NCBI GenBank assembly: GCA_050250855.1
Contig: JBFWNW010000002.1
Span: forward strand, 64,001-128,000
Length of the DNA: 64,000 bases
Source: Candidatus Babeliales bacterium
GTDB taxonomy: Bacteria > Babelota > Babeliae > Babelales > JACPOV01
Direction of reading: 5' to 3'
A model generated the notes under the pieces. The model was not told the DNA's origin and searched no databases. It was given only the letters and a program-made list of their open reading frames with translations. Both the position numbers and the translations under genes were made by a program. This document shows positions 1 to 9,657 of the stretch, in pieces (position 1 is the stretch's first letter; each line of letters opens with the position of its first letter).

Positions 1-201
1 CAACATGATATTGTAGTGCGTGATATTTTTATTTTTCTTGACCGAGAACAAGGTGGCGTTGAACGATTACAAAATAAAGGTTATCGCGTACATACTCTCT
101 TTACGTTTACAGAAATGCTCCATGCTCTTGAAGAATTACGCTGCATAGATGAAACAGAAAAAAATACCAGCATTTCATGGCTTAAAGAGCATAGTCTATA
201 A
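1..201 (+). CDS. pyrE: Orotate phosphoribosyltransferase, C-terminal part (truncated by window start)
   Basis: Frame open from base 1; VRDIFIFLDREQGG...GYRVHTLF is the OPRTase C-terminal motif; directly upstream of pyrF. Confidence 0.8.
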   Translation, partial: QHDIVVRDIFIFLDREQGGVERLQNKGYRVHTLFTFTEMLHALEELRCIDETEKNTSISWLKEHSL

Positions 202-213
202 AAAGGAGTTGCT

Positions 214-1017
214 ATGAATTTTCATGATCGTGCTAGCTATGCACAGAATCCTGTAGCAAAAAAACTTTTTAACCTTATGGACCAAAAAAGAACTAACCTT
301 GCTGTTGCTGCTGATGTCACAACCAAGCAACAACTTCTTGATCTTGCCCGCATGATAGGTCCTGAAATTTGTTTTTTAAAAACTCATATTGATATCGTAG
401 AAGATTTTGATTGGGATTTGATAGAGCAGTTGCAACATATAGCACAAACCTATAATTTTTTGCTCATTGAAGACCGAAAATTTTGCGATATTGGTTCTAC
501 TGTTCAAGCACAATATACTGGCGGCATCCATAAAATATGCTCTTGGGCAGATGCAACTATAGCTCATGCTATTTCAGGAGAAGGAATTATTAAAGCACTA
601 GAAACAGCAAGTGCTGGCTATGATCGCGGTTTGCTTTTACTCGCTCATATGAGTTCACAGGGGAATTTAATTGATGAAACATATAGCACAAAAGTTTGTG
701 CACTCGCTGAAAAATATACTCGTTTTGTTATGGGTTGCATTTGCCAAAAAAAATGCCTCAGCAACGCTGGCATGATCCATGTCACACCCGGCATACATAT
801 GCAGGCGCAAGGAGATATGCTGGGGCAACAGTTTACCTCACCAGAAAAAGCGATCATTGAACAAGGAACTGATATTATTATTGTAGGTCGTGGTATTTAT
901 GCTCAAGATGATCAACGCGCTGCAGCTCAACGTTACCGTCAAGCTGCATGGAACGCATATCAATCAAAATTATCTGTTTATAAAGAAATCTGTGCTGTTG
1001 ATTGCCAACCAGGATAA
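214..1017 (+). CDS. pyrF: Orotidine-5'-phosphate decarboxylase, URA3/UMPS-like type
   Basis: KTHIDI, EDRKFCDIGSTV (DxKxxD), TPG, GDMLGQQF, IIVGRGIY; RBS AAGGAG. Confidence 0.93.
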   Translation: MNFHDRASYAQNPVAKKLFNLMDQKRTNLAVAADVTTKQQLLDLARMIGPEICFLKTHIDIVEDFDWDLIEQLQHIAQTYNFLLIEDRKFCDIGSTVQAQYTGGIHKICSWADATIAHAISGEGIIKALETASAGYDRGLLLLAHMSSQGNLIDETYSTKVCALAEKYTRFVMGCICQKKCLSNAGMIHVTPGIHMQAQGDMLGQQFTSPEKAIIEQGTDIIIVGRGIYAQDDQRAAAQRYRQAAWNAYQSKLSVYKEICAVDCQPG

Positions 1018-1844
1018 AGCATTTTTGGCATGTCAAGAAGCCCTGCAAATTCCATTGCTCGCTCTAAGCGAGTAATACCAATACCACCACCAAAACGTGG
1101 CATATGGTTAAGGTTTAGATACTCATCTAATTCTTTCAAAACACGATCTTTGCCAAAGTTTTTAAATAAAAGCTCTGCAAATTGGCCATCAGATGTTGTA
1201 TAGAAAAGGTCACGCATTTCTTGAGGATTTACAGAACGTTCTGAAGACCCGATAGTTTCTGCGCCATATAATAAAACATCAATTTTATTATAAAGACCAT
1301 CGGGGCGCTTTTTCATAACAAAATAAGGGTTACTTCTTTGAGGAAAACGCTCAAGCATTATTGAAGAACTAACGTCCTGCGCCATACGTGCTTCTTGTTC
1401 TGCCTCAATAAGTTCTACGCCATAACGTTCGCAAGCATCTTCATACAAAACTTGTGTTGGACGCTCAAAGCCAAGGTAAACAAGCAGATCAGTTTCAAAT
1501 GCTCGCAAATCATCTATAGAACCATGAGACTCAAAATCACAAAGAGGAAATACTCTTTTGTGACGGCCAGGAATTATATTCGGCTCATTACGATAACTCG
1601 GCCCTATACAGAAAGCCCCCTTCATATCTCTATTTTTAAGAAGCTCCATTTCAAGCCACATTTGCCCAGATTGAGGGAGAGGCCATAATTGATTGCCAAT
1701 AGAATACGTTGTTACTGTACGGGGATCTTCACATGCTGCTAGAATAGAAAGGCGTGTTGATGTTGGCACCTCAACAAAATCCCTTTCTTTAAAGAAAGTA
1801 CGTAATTTTTTAACAATATAATCGTAATGTACCGTATTTTCCAT
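978..1844 (-). CDS. AsnRS/AspRS catalytic-core-only paralogue (probable tRNA-independent asparagine synthetase)
   Basis: Class II aaRS motifs FVEVPT, SYRNEP, GAETIGSSER, PRFGGGIGITRL; no N-terminal OB fold; start set at ATG 1844 after AAGGAG. Confidence 0.75.
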   Translation of the reverse strand: MENTVHYDYIVKKLRTFFKERDFVEVPTSTRLSILAACEDPRTVTTYSIGNQLWPLPQSGQMWLEMELLKNRDMKGAFCIGPSYRNEPNIIPGRHKRVFPLCDFESHGSIDDLRAFETDLLVYLGFERPTQVLYEDACERYGVELIEAEQEARMAQDVSSSIMLERFPQRSNPYFVMKKRPDGLYNKIDVLLYGAETIGSSERSVNPQEMRDLFYTTSDGQFAELLFKNFGKDRVLKELDEYLNLNHMPRFGGGIGITRLERAMEFAGLLDMPKMLYPGWQSTAQISL

Positions 1845-1908
1845 AAAGCAACTCCTTTTTATTTTTTTGCACAAATTAACAAAACCCTACTTTAAAAAAA
1901 AATTTGGT

Positions 1909-2697
1909 TCAAGAGTTTTTATAAAAAATTTGTACTGAGTTGTTTTCTACAGTGATAAAACCTCGTGCACGAGATAGAAATGAAGAATCATATTTTGTGA
2001 GAATAAAAAATATTTTTGAAAAAGATGAATGGAAATCTTTCACTTCAAGTAACATTGCAGCATTATCTTCTGCAGAAACAATAGTTACTGGCAAATAAGA
2101 TCGAATACAATCTTTGATAAGCGCATAATGAGTACAACCTAAAATCAAGGTATCTATTTTTGCCTGCGCAAGAGACTTACTGTACTGTCTTACTATTTCA
2201 TGGATCTGATTGTCGTCCTCTGAGCACTCTTCTATTAAAGATGCTAAAAGAGGACACGATTGTTCTATTACTTCTATAGAAGGATCTAAAGATACTATTC
2301 GTTGTTTATGGGCATGGCTTTTTATAGTTGCTTCGGTTGCCATAATACCAATACGTTTATGAGTAGTCATTGCTACAGCATTTTTGATAACAGGCTCTAC
2401 AACATCTATAAAATTAATAGTGGGATACAATTTTTGTAGCATTGGAAAAATAGTAGAACATAACGTGTGACATGCAATAACTATTGTTTCAACACCATAT
2501 GAAACAAGCATGTCAACATTATATTTTGTTAAGGCCAAAAGTTCTTCATTGGTTTTTGAACCATAGGGCAAATTTTTAAGGTCTGCACAATAGTAATATT
2601 CAGCAGGAACATGTAAGGACAGGGGTCGCAAAATGGTGAGCCCACCTAGACCAGAATCTAGAACGCCAATTTTTTTTTGTGGCATAAAATTTTTCAT
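1909..2697 (-). CDS. murI: Glutamate racemase
   Basis: IGVLDSGLGGLT, PYGSK, IACHT, LILGCTHY; start uncertain (2697 or 2685). Confidence 0.92.
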   Translation of the reverse strand: MKNFMPQKKIGVLDSGLGGLTILRPLSLHVPAEYYYCADLKNLPYGSKTNEELLALTKYNVDMLVSYGVETIVIACHTLCSTIFPMLQKLYPTINFIDVVEPVIKNAVAMTTHKRIGIMATEATIKSHAHKQRIVSLDPSIEVIEQSCPLLASLIEECSEDDNQIHEIVRQYSKSLAQAKIDTLILGCTHYALIKDCIRSYLPVTIVSAEDNAAMLLEVKDFHSSFSKIFFILTKYDSSFLSRARGFITVENNSVQIFYKNS

Positions 2698-2699
2698 AA

Positions 2700-2729
2700 A
2701 AAACAACCATGGGGCATTGCTGCCCCATG
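2700..2729 (-). terminator. Intrinsic terminator after rpsA-ndk
   Basis: CATGGGGCA-ttgc-TGCCCCATG stem, then a T-rich run on the minus strand. Confidence 0.6.
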
Positions 2730-2745
2730 ATAACTAGTATGCTCT

Positions 2746-3156
2746 TTATTTCAAATCAGGAAAAAAGAACGCAACTTCCGCTTGTGCATTTTTAAGTGAA
2801 TCTGATCCATGCGTAGCATTTTCGCCAACGTTAGTGCCAAACTGCTTTCTAATAGTACCAGCTTCAGCTTTTAGAGGATCTGTTGCTCCCATAAGATCAC
2901 GCCATGCTGGCACCGCATTTTCTTTTTCTAATGCCATAACAACAACAGGACCTGATGTCATAAATTCAACAAGTTCTCCAAAAAAAGGACGCTCTTTATG
3001 CACCGCATAAAATTCTTCAGCTTGTTTTTTTGACAAGTGAAGCTTATTCATACGTGCAACAGTAAAGCCTTTGTTCTCTATAATATCAATGATTTTACCG
3101 GTAAAACCAGATCGGACTGCATCTGGTTTTATGATTGCTAATGTTCTTTCTTTCAT
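2746..3156 (-). CDS. ndk: Nucleoside diphosphate kinase
   Basis: [31 protein letters not shown]. Confidence 0.97.
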   Translation of the reverse strand: MKERTLAIIKPDAVRSGFTGKIIDIIENKGFTVARMNKLHLSKKQAEEFYAVHKERPFFGELVEFMTSGPVVVMALEKENAVPAWRDLMGATDPLKAEAGTIRKQFGTNVGENATHGSDSLKNAQAEVAFFFPDLK

Positions 3157-3162
3157 GATCAA

Positions 3163-4953
3163 TTACTCATCTTTATTTCGTGCTGCGTGTTTTTCTAGCT
3201 CAAGTTGCAACATTGATTTTGGTTTTTCTTCTGACTTTTTAGCTTTTGCTTGTTGTTGCTGTTGTGCTTTTTTGTCAGCTTTTTCTTGTGCTTTAGCTTT
3301 AGCTTCTTTTTCATCAAGCTTCAAGCTCAAGCCAAGTTTATGATCATCTTTGCTTACTTTAATAACACGGAACTGAGCTTTTTGACCAACTTTTAGTACA
3401 TCTTCAACTTTATCAATATTTTGATCAGATAATTCTGAAATATGAATCAAGCCTTCAATGCCGGTAGGCAATTTAATGAATGCACCAAAATTAGTAATTT
3501 TAGAAACTTCACCGTCTATAATAGTGCCAACTGGATATTGCTCTTCAATCTTTGCCCATGGATCATCATGCAACTGTTTGATGCCTAATGAAACACGTTT
3601 GTTATCTTCATCAATGCTTAAAATAACGGCTTCTACTTCTTCACCTTTTTTAAAGCGATCAGTAGGATGATTAATATGTTCTGTCCATGAAAGGTCAGAA
3701 ATATGAACTAAGCCATCAATTCCTGGCATAAGTTGTACGAAAATACCAAAATCAGTAATATTGCTGATGGTACCTTTAATCTTATCACCAACTTTGAATT
3801 TCTCATGAAGTTGTTTCCAGGGATTTTCTTGTAATTGCTTAATACTCAAGGACATACGACGATTATCTTTATCAAGCGAAACAATAACCGCTTCAACTTC
3901 ATCACCAACTTTATAGTGGCGTTTGATATCATCTATACGATCTGTCCAAGAAATTTCAGAGATGTGGACTAAACCTTCTACACCTTTTGCAATTTCAACA
4001 AAGAAACCATAATCAGTAATACTTGAAATTTTGCCTTTAATTTTCTTGCTAGCTTCAAGTCCACTGGTTGCTTTTTCCCAAGGATTTTCGGTAAGTTGTT
4101 TCATGCCAAGAGAAATCTTTTCATGCTCTTTATCAAATGAAAGAACTTTAACAGAAATTTTGTCACCTATTTTTACCAATTCACTTGGATGCGCAATACG
4201 ACCCCAAGTCATATCAGTAATGTGCAATAGACCGTCAACGCCACCGATATCTATGAACACACCGTAGTTAGTGATATTCTTAACGATACCTTGGATAACG
4301 TCGCCTTCTTTCAATTTATCAAGAATCTTTTTGCGAGATTCAGAACGAATTTCGCTCAAATATTTACGACGAGAAATGATAACATTTCCACGTTTTTTAT
4401 TAACTTTTATAATATAGGCTGTAATTGGATGCGATACAAATTGATCAAAATCCATAACACGTTGTAAGTCAACTTGAGATCCTGGCAAGAATGCAGGGAT
4501 ACCAATGTCAACGTTCAAGCCACCTTTAACTTTGTGAGTAACAATCCCCTCAACAGGCTGCCCTTCATCATAAAGCTTCATAATTCTATCCCAAGCACGC
4601 ATAGCTTTTGCTTTTTCATAGGACAGACTCAAAATACCATCAACATTTTCTAGCTCTTCCAGCATAACTTCGATTTCATCACCAGGCTGGAATTTTTTAC
4701 GTTCAAAATCAGAAAATTCATAATTAGGGATTAAACCATAAGATTTAAAACCTATATCAACAAGAACACCATCGGCGTCTGATTTAACAACTTTACCGGT
4801 AACAATTTTACCTTGACCAAGACCTTCAAAAGTATGTTCATACAGATCTTTAATCTCTGCACGCTGGTCTTGGTTTAATAAAAATTCTTCTTCGTCTTCC
4901 CATACAGGTTTAACATGACGAAACTGATCGCCGCGTATAACGGTTTTTGACAT
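3163..4953 (-). CDS. rpsA: 30S ribosomal protein S1
   Basis: Six S1 domains (AFLPGSQVD, GVDGLLHITDMTW, GLVHISEISW). Confidence 0.97.
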   Translation of the reverse strand: MSKTVIRGDQFRHVKPVWEDEEEFLLNQDQRAEIKDLYEHTFEGLGQGKIVTGKVVKSDADGVLVDIGFKSYGLIPNYEFSDFERKKFQPGDEIEVMLEELENVDGILSLSYEKAKAMRAWDRIMKLYDEGQPVEGIVTHKVKGGLNVDIGIPAFLPGSQVDLQRVMDFDQFVSHPITAYIIKVNKKRGNVIISRRKYLSEIRSESRKKILDKLKEGDVIQGIVKNITNYGVFIDIGGVDGLLHITDMTWGRIAHPSELVKIGDKISVKVLSFDKEHEKISLGMKQLTENPWEKATSGLEASKKIKGKISSITDYGFFVEIAKGVEGLVHISEISWTDRIDDIKRHYKVGDEVEAVIVSLDKDNRRMSLSIKQLQENPWKQLHEKFKVGDKIKGTISNITDFGIFVQLMPGIDGLVHISDLSWTEHINHPTDRFKKGEEVEAVILSIDEDNKRVSLGIKQLHDDPWAKIEEQYPVGTIIDGEVSKITNFGAFIKLPTGIEGLIHISELSDQNIDKVEDVLKVGQKAQFRVIKVSKDDHKLGLSLKLDEKEAKAKAQEKADKKAQQQQQAKAKKSEEKPKSMLQLELEKHAARNKDE

Positions 4954-5034
4954 TAAAAAGCTCCTAAGAGACCTATTTTTTATTAAAAAAAGAGGAGAGG
5001 TTTAGATATTAAACATATATAACTCAACAAACCA

Positions 5035-5063
5035 ATTGTAGCAAGTATTTTTGCGATTGGCAA
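5035..5063 (-). promoter_or_regulatory. Sigma70-type promoter for rpsA
   Basis: Minus strand TTGCCA-17 nt-TACAAT with extended -10 TG. Confidence 0.65.
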
Positions 5064-5075
5064 ATCATAATCAAG

Positions 5076-5103
5076 AAAAAAGCCCCTGAATTCAGGGGCT
5101 TTT
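5076..5103 (-). terminator. Intrinsic terminator
   Basis: AAAAGCCCCTGAATTCAGGGGCTTTT palindrome with flanking A/T runs. Confidence 0.75.
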
Positions 5104-5116
5104 GAAAATCTTTATG

Positions 5117-5707
5117 CTAGATAAAAAGAAGTTTAGAGAGTATTTGCTCTAAGTAAGATTTAGGCCTTAATATTTCTTCTAATTCACCGACTTTTTTATT
5201 GAATTCACAACTATTGATAGAACTCAAGTAATAATGCGGCTTGAGGCTAAACTCATGTAAAAAACTCTGAGTTGAGCTCTTAAGACTGGTATGAGACTTT
5301 ATCTGGTCAGCATCTTTTAAAAGCTGGGGCCCTACATTTGCATTTAATAACAGAGAAGGATTTCTTTTTAGAAGCACAAGATTGCCTATAAAAAGATTTA
5401 TAAGTCGATTATCTTCTTTAGTTTTTTTCTTCCATTCTAATGCCAATGATCTAGCACCTAAAACGACATATCCCAACCCCAATGCTATAGCTAGCACTTT
5501 GTAACCAGGCATATAAGGACTCACAAACTGAGTTACTTTATCGCAAAAATTAGTTTTTACTTCCGGAGCCATTGAATACAAAGCATTCATTTGCTCTTCA
5601 GTAGAACCAGCGATATAAGGAAGTTCAGCACCAAAAGCTGTCGAGCTTGAAGCAGAGGTAATAAAAAGAACTGCCAACAAAGCAGTCGATAATTTCTTGA
5701 ATTTCAT
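5117..5707 (-). CDS. Hypothetical exported/membrane protein
   Basis: Signal peptide MKFKKLSTALLAVLFITSASS; internal hydrophobic stretch; RBS GGAGG; own promoter and terminator. Confidence 0.75.
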   Translation of the reverse strand: MKFKKLSTALLAVLFITSASSSTAFGAELPYIAGSTEEQMNALYSMAPEVKTNFCDKVTQFVSPYMPGYKVLAIALGLGYVVLGARSLALEWKKKTKEDNRLINLFIGNLVLLKRNPSLLLNANVGPQLLKDADQIKSHTSLKSSTQSFLHEFSLKPHYYLSSINSCEFNKKVGELEEILRPKSYLEQILSKLLFI

Positions 5708-5740
5708 AGGATATCATCCTCCATTTAAAGACTTGTTTCC

Positions 5741-5768
5741 AGTATAGCTCCTAGAGATTTATTGTCAA
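5741..5768 (-). promoter_or_regulatory. Sigma70-type promoter
   Basis: Minus strand TTGACA-16 nt-TATACT upstream of 5707. Confidence 0.55.
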
Positions 5769-5870
5769 TTGATCAGGTTCATAAAAAATATTATTTTATT
5801 GATTTCAGGTATAAATTTAAATACTCATTCCTACCTGTCATTAAAAAACAGGTCTTCTTTTACTAGTCAT

Positions 5871-6037
5871 TTGACAAATAAGCAATTTTAGGGTAATTTT
5901 AGGAAGTAAACTAATATTTTAATAAAATAGCATGAGGCTCTTTTAGTACAAAGCTAGAGAAAAGAGCGTTTTCAAAGTGGATGACCGTTGCGTCAGCAAT
6001 GAAAGAGCAGCATGCAATGCAATAAGAGGCATCCATT
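5871..6037 (+). promoter_or_regulatory. deaD promoter and structured 5' leader
   Basis: TTGACA(5871)-17-TAATTT; stems GCTCTTTT/AAAAGAGC and TGGATG/CATCCA near the RBS. Confidence 0.5.
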
Positions 6038-7627
6038 ATGAATACTTTTAAAACATTTAATCTTCACCCTGATTTAATAGCTACCCTGGAAACATTGGGT
6101 ATAACTACCCCCACCGAAATACAGACTCAAACCCTACCAATTTTACTTTCCCAAAACAAAGATTTTCATGGGCAAGCTCAAACAGGAACAGGGAAAACAT
6201 TAGCTTTTGGCCTTCCTTTACTCAGCAACATTAAAGCTGACAATAAAAAGACCCAAGCCCTTGTTGTGGCCCCAACCAGAGAACTTGTCGTACAAATTTT
6301 CCAAAGCTTACAACCTTTAGCTCAGGCTCGTGGTATTTCTATTGCCGCTATTTATGGTGGTGTTTCTATAGAAAATCAGTTCAGAGACCTTAAAAAAGGG
6401 GTTCAGGTTGTTATAGGTACACCGGGCCGCTTAAATGACCATTTAAAGCGAAAATCGTTGTCTTTAAGCACTATTCAGACGCTTGTCCTTGATGAAGCTG
6501 ATATCATGCTTGATATGGGCTTTAGAGAGGAAATAGATGAAATTCTACAATTTACTCCGCAAGACCGTAATATTTGGCTCTTTTCTGCTACCGTGAAATC
6601 AGGAATTAGCGAGCTTATGAAAACTCATATGAAGGACCCTGCTTCAGTACGCGCATCGCAAAAAAATGTAGGGAACTCAAATACTAAGCAGTACTTTTGC
6701 ACTGTTCCTAAAAAATATCGCTTTGAAGCTCTCTTGCGCTTTATTACCAATACTCCTTCATTCTATGGCTTTATTTTTTGCCAAACAAAAATAGAAACAG
6801 CAGAACTTGCAGAAAAATTAGCTGCTAAAGGATTAAGCTCTAATGCCCTCCATGGCGATATGAATCAAGCAAATAGAAATCGTGTTATTAAAGATTTTAA
6901 AAATAAAAAATTTAGCGTGCTTGTGGCAACTGACGTTGCAGCTCGTGGTATTGACGTTGCTGATATTACGCACGTTATTAACTACCAGCTTCCAGAAGAC
7001 CATGAGTCGTATGTTCACCGTGTAGGAAGAACAGGACGTGCTGGTAAAGAAGGTACTGCTATTACGTTAATTAATCCACGTGAAGTACATACTATAAAAA
7101 CATTACAAAAACGTTTTGGTGTTGCTATTGAAGCAATAGAAGTTCCTTCTGTAGAAGCTATGTATGACCGCCAAATTCAGGAAGCTCACAGTTTTGTAGA
7201 ATCTATGCAAAGTACCACTACAAAAAAATCTCATTTAGAAAAGCTACAAGCATTACTGAAAAATTATTCAACAGCTCAAATTAATACAGTAATACTATCG
7301 CTCCTTGATGAAAAATTCTTCAAGAATATTGATGATACACCGGTTAATTTCAGTGCTGCAGTAGAAGTCGACAATCGTTACCATAATGCTGATGTTGGTG
7401 AAATTATGATTAACGTTGGCTCGCAAGACGGCATTCAAACCCAGGATATTTTACATTACTTATTGCAAGATAAAAGTCTTAACAAGCGCAACATTGGCAA
7501 AATTCGAGTTATTAAGAAACGTAGTTTTGTTAAAATTCCACATGAAAAAGTTAATGATATTATTACAGCACTTAAAGGCAAAACTATTCGCGGACGTCGC
7601 GTATATATTGCTGCTGTAACACAGTAA
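6038..7627 (+). CDS. deaD: DEAD-box RNA helicase with C-terminal DbpA-type RNA-binding domain
   Basis: AQTGTGKT, PTREL, TPGR, DEAD, SAT, ARGID, HRVGRTGRAG. Confidence 0.9.
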   Translation: MNTFKTFNLHPDLIATLETLGITTPTEIQTQTLPILLSQNKDFHGQAQTGTGKTLAFGLPLLSNIKADNKKTQALVVAPTRELVVQIFQSLQPLAQARGISIAAIYGGVSIENQFRDLKKGVQVVIGTPGRLNDHLKRKSLSLSTIQTLVLDEADIMLDMGFREEIDEILQFTPQDRNIWLFSATVKSGISELMKTHMKDPASVRASQKNVGNSNTKQYFCTVPKKYRFEALLRFITNTPSFYGFIFCQTKIETAELAEKLAAKGLSSNALHGDMNQANRNRVIKDFKNKKFSVLVATDVAARGIDVADITHVINYQLPEDHESYVHRVGRTGRAGKEGTAITLINPREVHTIKTLQKRFGVAIEAIEVPSVEAMYDRQIQEAHSFVESMQSTTTKKSHLEKLQALLKNYSTAQINTVILSLLDEKFFKNIDDTPVNFSAAVEVDNRYHNADVGEIMINVGSQDGIQTQDILHYLLQDKSLNKRNIGKIRVIKKRSFVKIPHEKVNDIITALKGKTIRGRRVYIAAVTQ

Positions 7628-7646
7628 AATATAATTCAAAAATTTG

Positions 7647-7676
7647 AAAGGAGCCGATTAAACTCGGCTCCTTTTG
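7647..7676 (+). terminator. Intrinsic terminator
   Basis: AAAGGAGCCGA-ttaaac-TCGGCTCCTTTT. Confidence 0.8.
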
Positions 7677-7745
7677 CTTTTATGTTGCATAATTTTTCCT
7701 TCAAGGTACCCTAGTGTATGAATTTCAATCTTGAAGGAGACTTTT

Positions 7746-8501
7746 ATGAATAAAAAAATTACCCTATCACTCGCTTTACTTACTTCTATTTTTAGCTCTC
7801 TTTTTGCAGATCAAATCTATACCCCGCAAACAGCTGTTATTGGCTGGGAATTACCAAACATTTTGCTCGAAAGCACCTGTCCTTCTAAAGCTGGTATTAT
7901 TTGGGAAATTTTTAGTGATGCAGAAAATAAATGGGACTTAGTAAAACTTCTCTTTAATGGAGAATTAAGAAAAGATATAAAAGAACTAGCGCGCAGAAGT
8001 GATTATGTTATCGATGAAATTGTTGAAAAATTAAGTGACAAATACCCAGCGCTTGCTCCGCATGCAAACAACATTATGGATCTGGTAACAGAATTTGAAA
8101 TAATCAATGAAACTTTCCAAGTATTACAAGAATGCAAACAATGTGGTTATAAAAATTTTATTATCTCAAACATTGGCGCAGAGTCGCTACGCTTAATAAG
8201 CTCAAAACTGCCTGATTTTTTTGAACTTTTTGATGGGATTGTTGTTGCACATGAGCAAGAAAATAATGATGATAAATGGATTGCAAAACCACAAAGCGAA
8301 TATTACAAGGATATGCGTGAAGAATTAACGCAACAGGGAATCAATAGTAATATCATAGTTATTTGCATTGATAGTAAAAAAGAAAATATTGACGCTCTTA
8401 TAAAACTTTCAGAATTTAATATGAAAGCAGTTAGATACAAAAACCCTGACCAACTACGCAAACAATTAACGCGTTTGGGTGTACTTACCGCTGCAGCATA
8501 A
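7746..8501 (+). CDS. Exported HAD-fold protein with degenerate active site
   Basis: Signal peptide; IISNIG, AKP, ICIDS; motif I reads GWELPN. Confidence 0.65.
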   Translation: MNKKITLSLALLTSIFSSLFADQIYTPQTAVIGWELPNILLESTCPSKAGIIWEIFSDAENKWDLVKLLFNGELRKDIKELARRSDYVIDEIVEKLSDKYPALAPHANNIMDLVTEFEIINETFQVLQECKQCGYKNFIISNIGAESLRLISSKLPDFFELFDGIVVAHEQENNDDKWIAKPQSEYYKDMREELTQQGINSNIIVICIDSKKENIDALIKLSEFNMKAVRYKNPDQLRKQLTRLGVLTAAA

Positions 8502-8509
8502 AGGCCGCT

Positions 8510-8842
8510 ATGATTAGTTACCAAGATTTTGAAAAAGTTGATATTCGTACAGGAACAATTATTGAAGTTCAAGAATTCCCTGAAGCACGAAAACCTGCTT
8601 ATAAATTAACTATCGACTTTGGCAAAGAACTAGGTGTAAAAAAGTCTTCTGCTCAGATAACACAAAATTACAGTCGCCAGGAACTTATTGGCAAACAGAT
8701 TATTGCCGTAGTCAATTTTGGCCCTAAACAGATAGGGCCCTTCATTTCTGAAGTATTAACACTCGGGCTAGCACAAGAAGATGGCGCTGTTGTTTTGGTA
8801 GCACCAACTAAAACAGTTCCCAATGGAACGAAACTTTTTTAA
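8510..8842 (+). CDS. csaA: CsaA/Trbp111 tRNA-binding export chaperone
   Basis: DFEKVDIRTGTI, ARKPAYKL, SSAQIT, VVNFGPKQIG, SEVLTLG. Confidence 0.9.
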   Translation: MISYQDFEKVDIRTGTIIEVQEFPEARKPAYKLTIDFGKELGVKKSSAQITQNYSRQELIGKQIIAVVNFGPKQIGPFISEVLTLGLAQEDGAVVLVAPTKTVPNGTKLF

Positions 8843-8844
8843 AT

Positions 8845-9360
8845 ATGAAAACTCTGCATTCAACTACTTTTGAAACACTGCTGGGCACTATGCTTGCCAT
8901 AGCAGATGAAAATTTTTTGTATCTTTTAGAGTTTACTGAACGCAAAAACCTTACAAAAGAACTTAAAAATTTACAAAAAAATTATGCTATCGTTCCTGGT
9001 ACCACCAAAATAACCGAATCTATCAAACAAGAGATAAAAGGCTATTTTGCCGGAAAACTGCAACAATTCAAAACACCAATCAAAGTATCAGGAACGCCAT
9101 TCCAAGAAAAAACCTGGCAAGCACTCGCAAAAATTCCTTTTGGCAGTACGCAAAGTTATGCTCAACAAGCAATCTCTATGCATAAACCAAAAGCATGCCG
9201 CGCGGTTGCAAAAGCAAATAGCACCAATCAACTTGTTATTATTATTCCATGTCATCGGATAATTAATAAAAGTGGAAAACTTGGTGGCTATGCTGCTGGC
9301 CTTGCACGCAAGCAATGGCTCCTTGAGCATGAAAAACAAGTAGCTATGAGATCAATTTAA
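8845..9360 (+). CDS. ogt: Methylated-DNA--protein-cysteine methyltransferase
   Basis: GTPFQ, IPFG, RAVA, IIPCHRII active site, GGYAAG. Confidence 0.93.
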   Translation: MKTLHSTTFETLLGTMLAIADENFLYLLEFTERKNLTKELKNLQKNYAIVPGTTKITESIKQEIKGYFAGKLQQFKTPIKVSGTPFQEKTWQALAKIPFGSTQSYAQQAISMHKPKACRAVAKANSTNQLVIIIPCHRIINKSGKLGGYAAGLARKQWLLEHEKQVAMRSI

Positions 9361-9598
9361 ATCGCGGTTGTTCTTGATTATCTATAAGAACAGTTTCACA
9401 GAATTTGTTTAGCGATCTTGCAAAGATAGGGTTATCGCCAAGCTTTGGGTCATTATAAAGCCCTTGATACACAACCCATTGTTCAAGATCATCAGCTTCG
9501 CTATTCCATACAAGCATTAAAATTTTATAACGTTTACCTTTATAGTGCTCGTAAACATCATGGGCAGATGGTTTTTTAAAATTCCCTTGAGTAAGCAT
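9344..9598 (-). CDS. DUF1653 family protein
   Basis: YEHYKGKRY, VVYQGLY, FARS...F, PRF. Confidence 0.8.
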   Translation of the reverse strand: MLTQGNFKKPSAHDVYEHYKGKRYKILMLVWNSEADDLEQWVVYQGLYNDPKLGDNPIFARSLNKFCETVLIDNQEQPRFKLIS

Positions 9599-9657
9599 TG
9601 TTAACTCCTTTGTAGTAACTTAAATTTTTGTCTGATTGCTTGGTGCAGTATAAAAAC

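Noticed and set aside
978..1017. 40-nt convergent 3' overlap (also 9344-9360)
   Set aside because: Common in compact genomes; no extra signal
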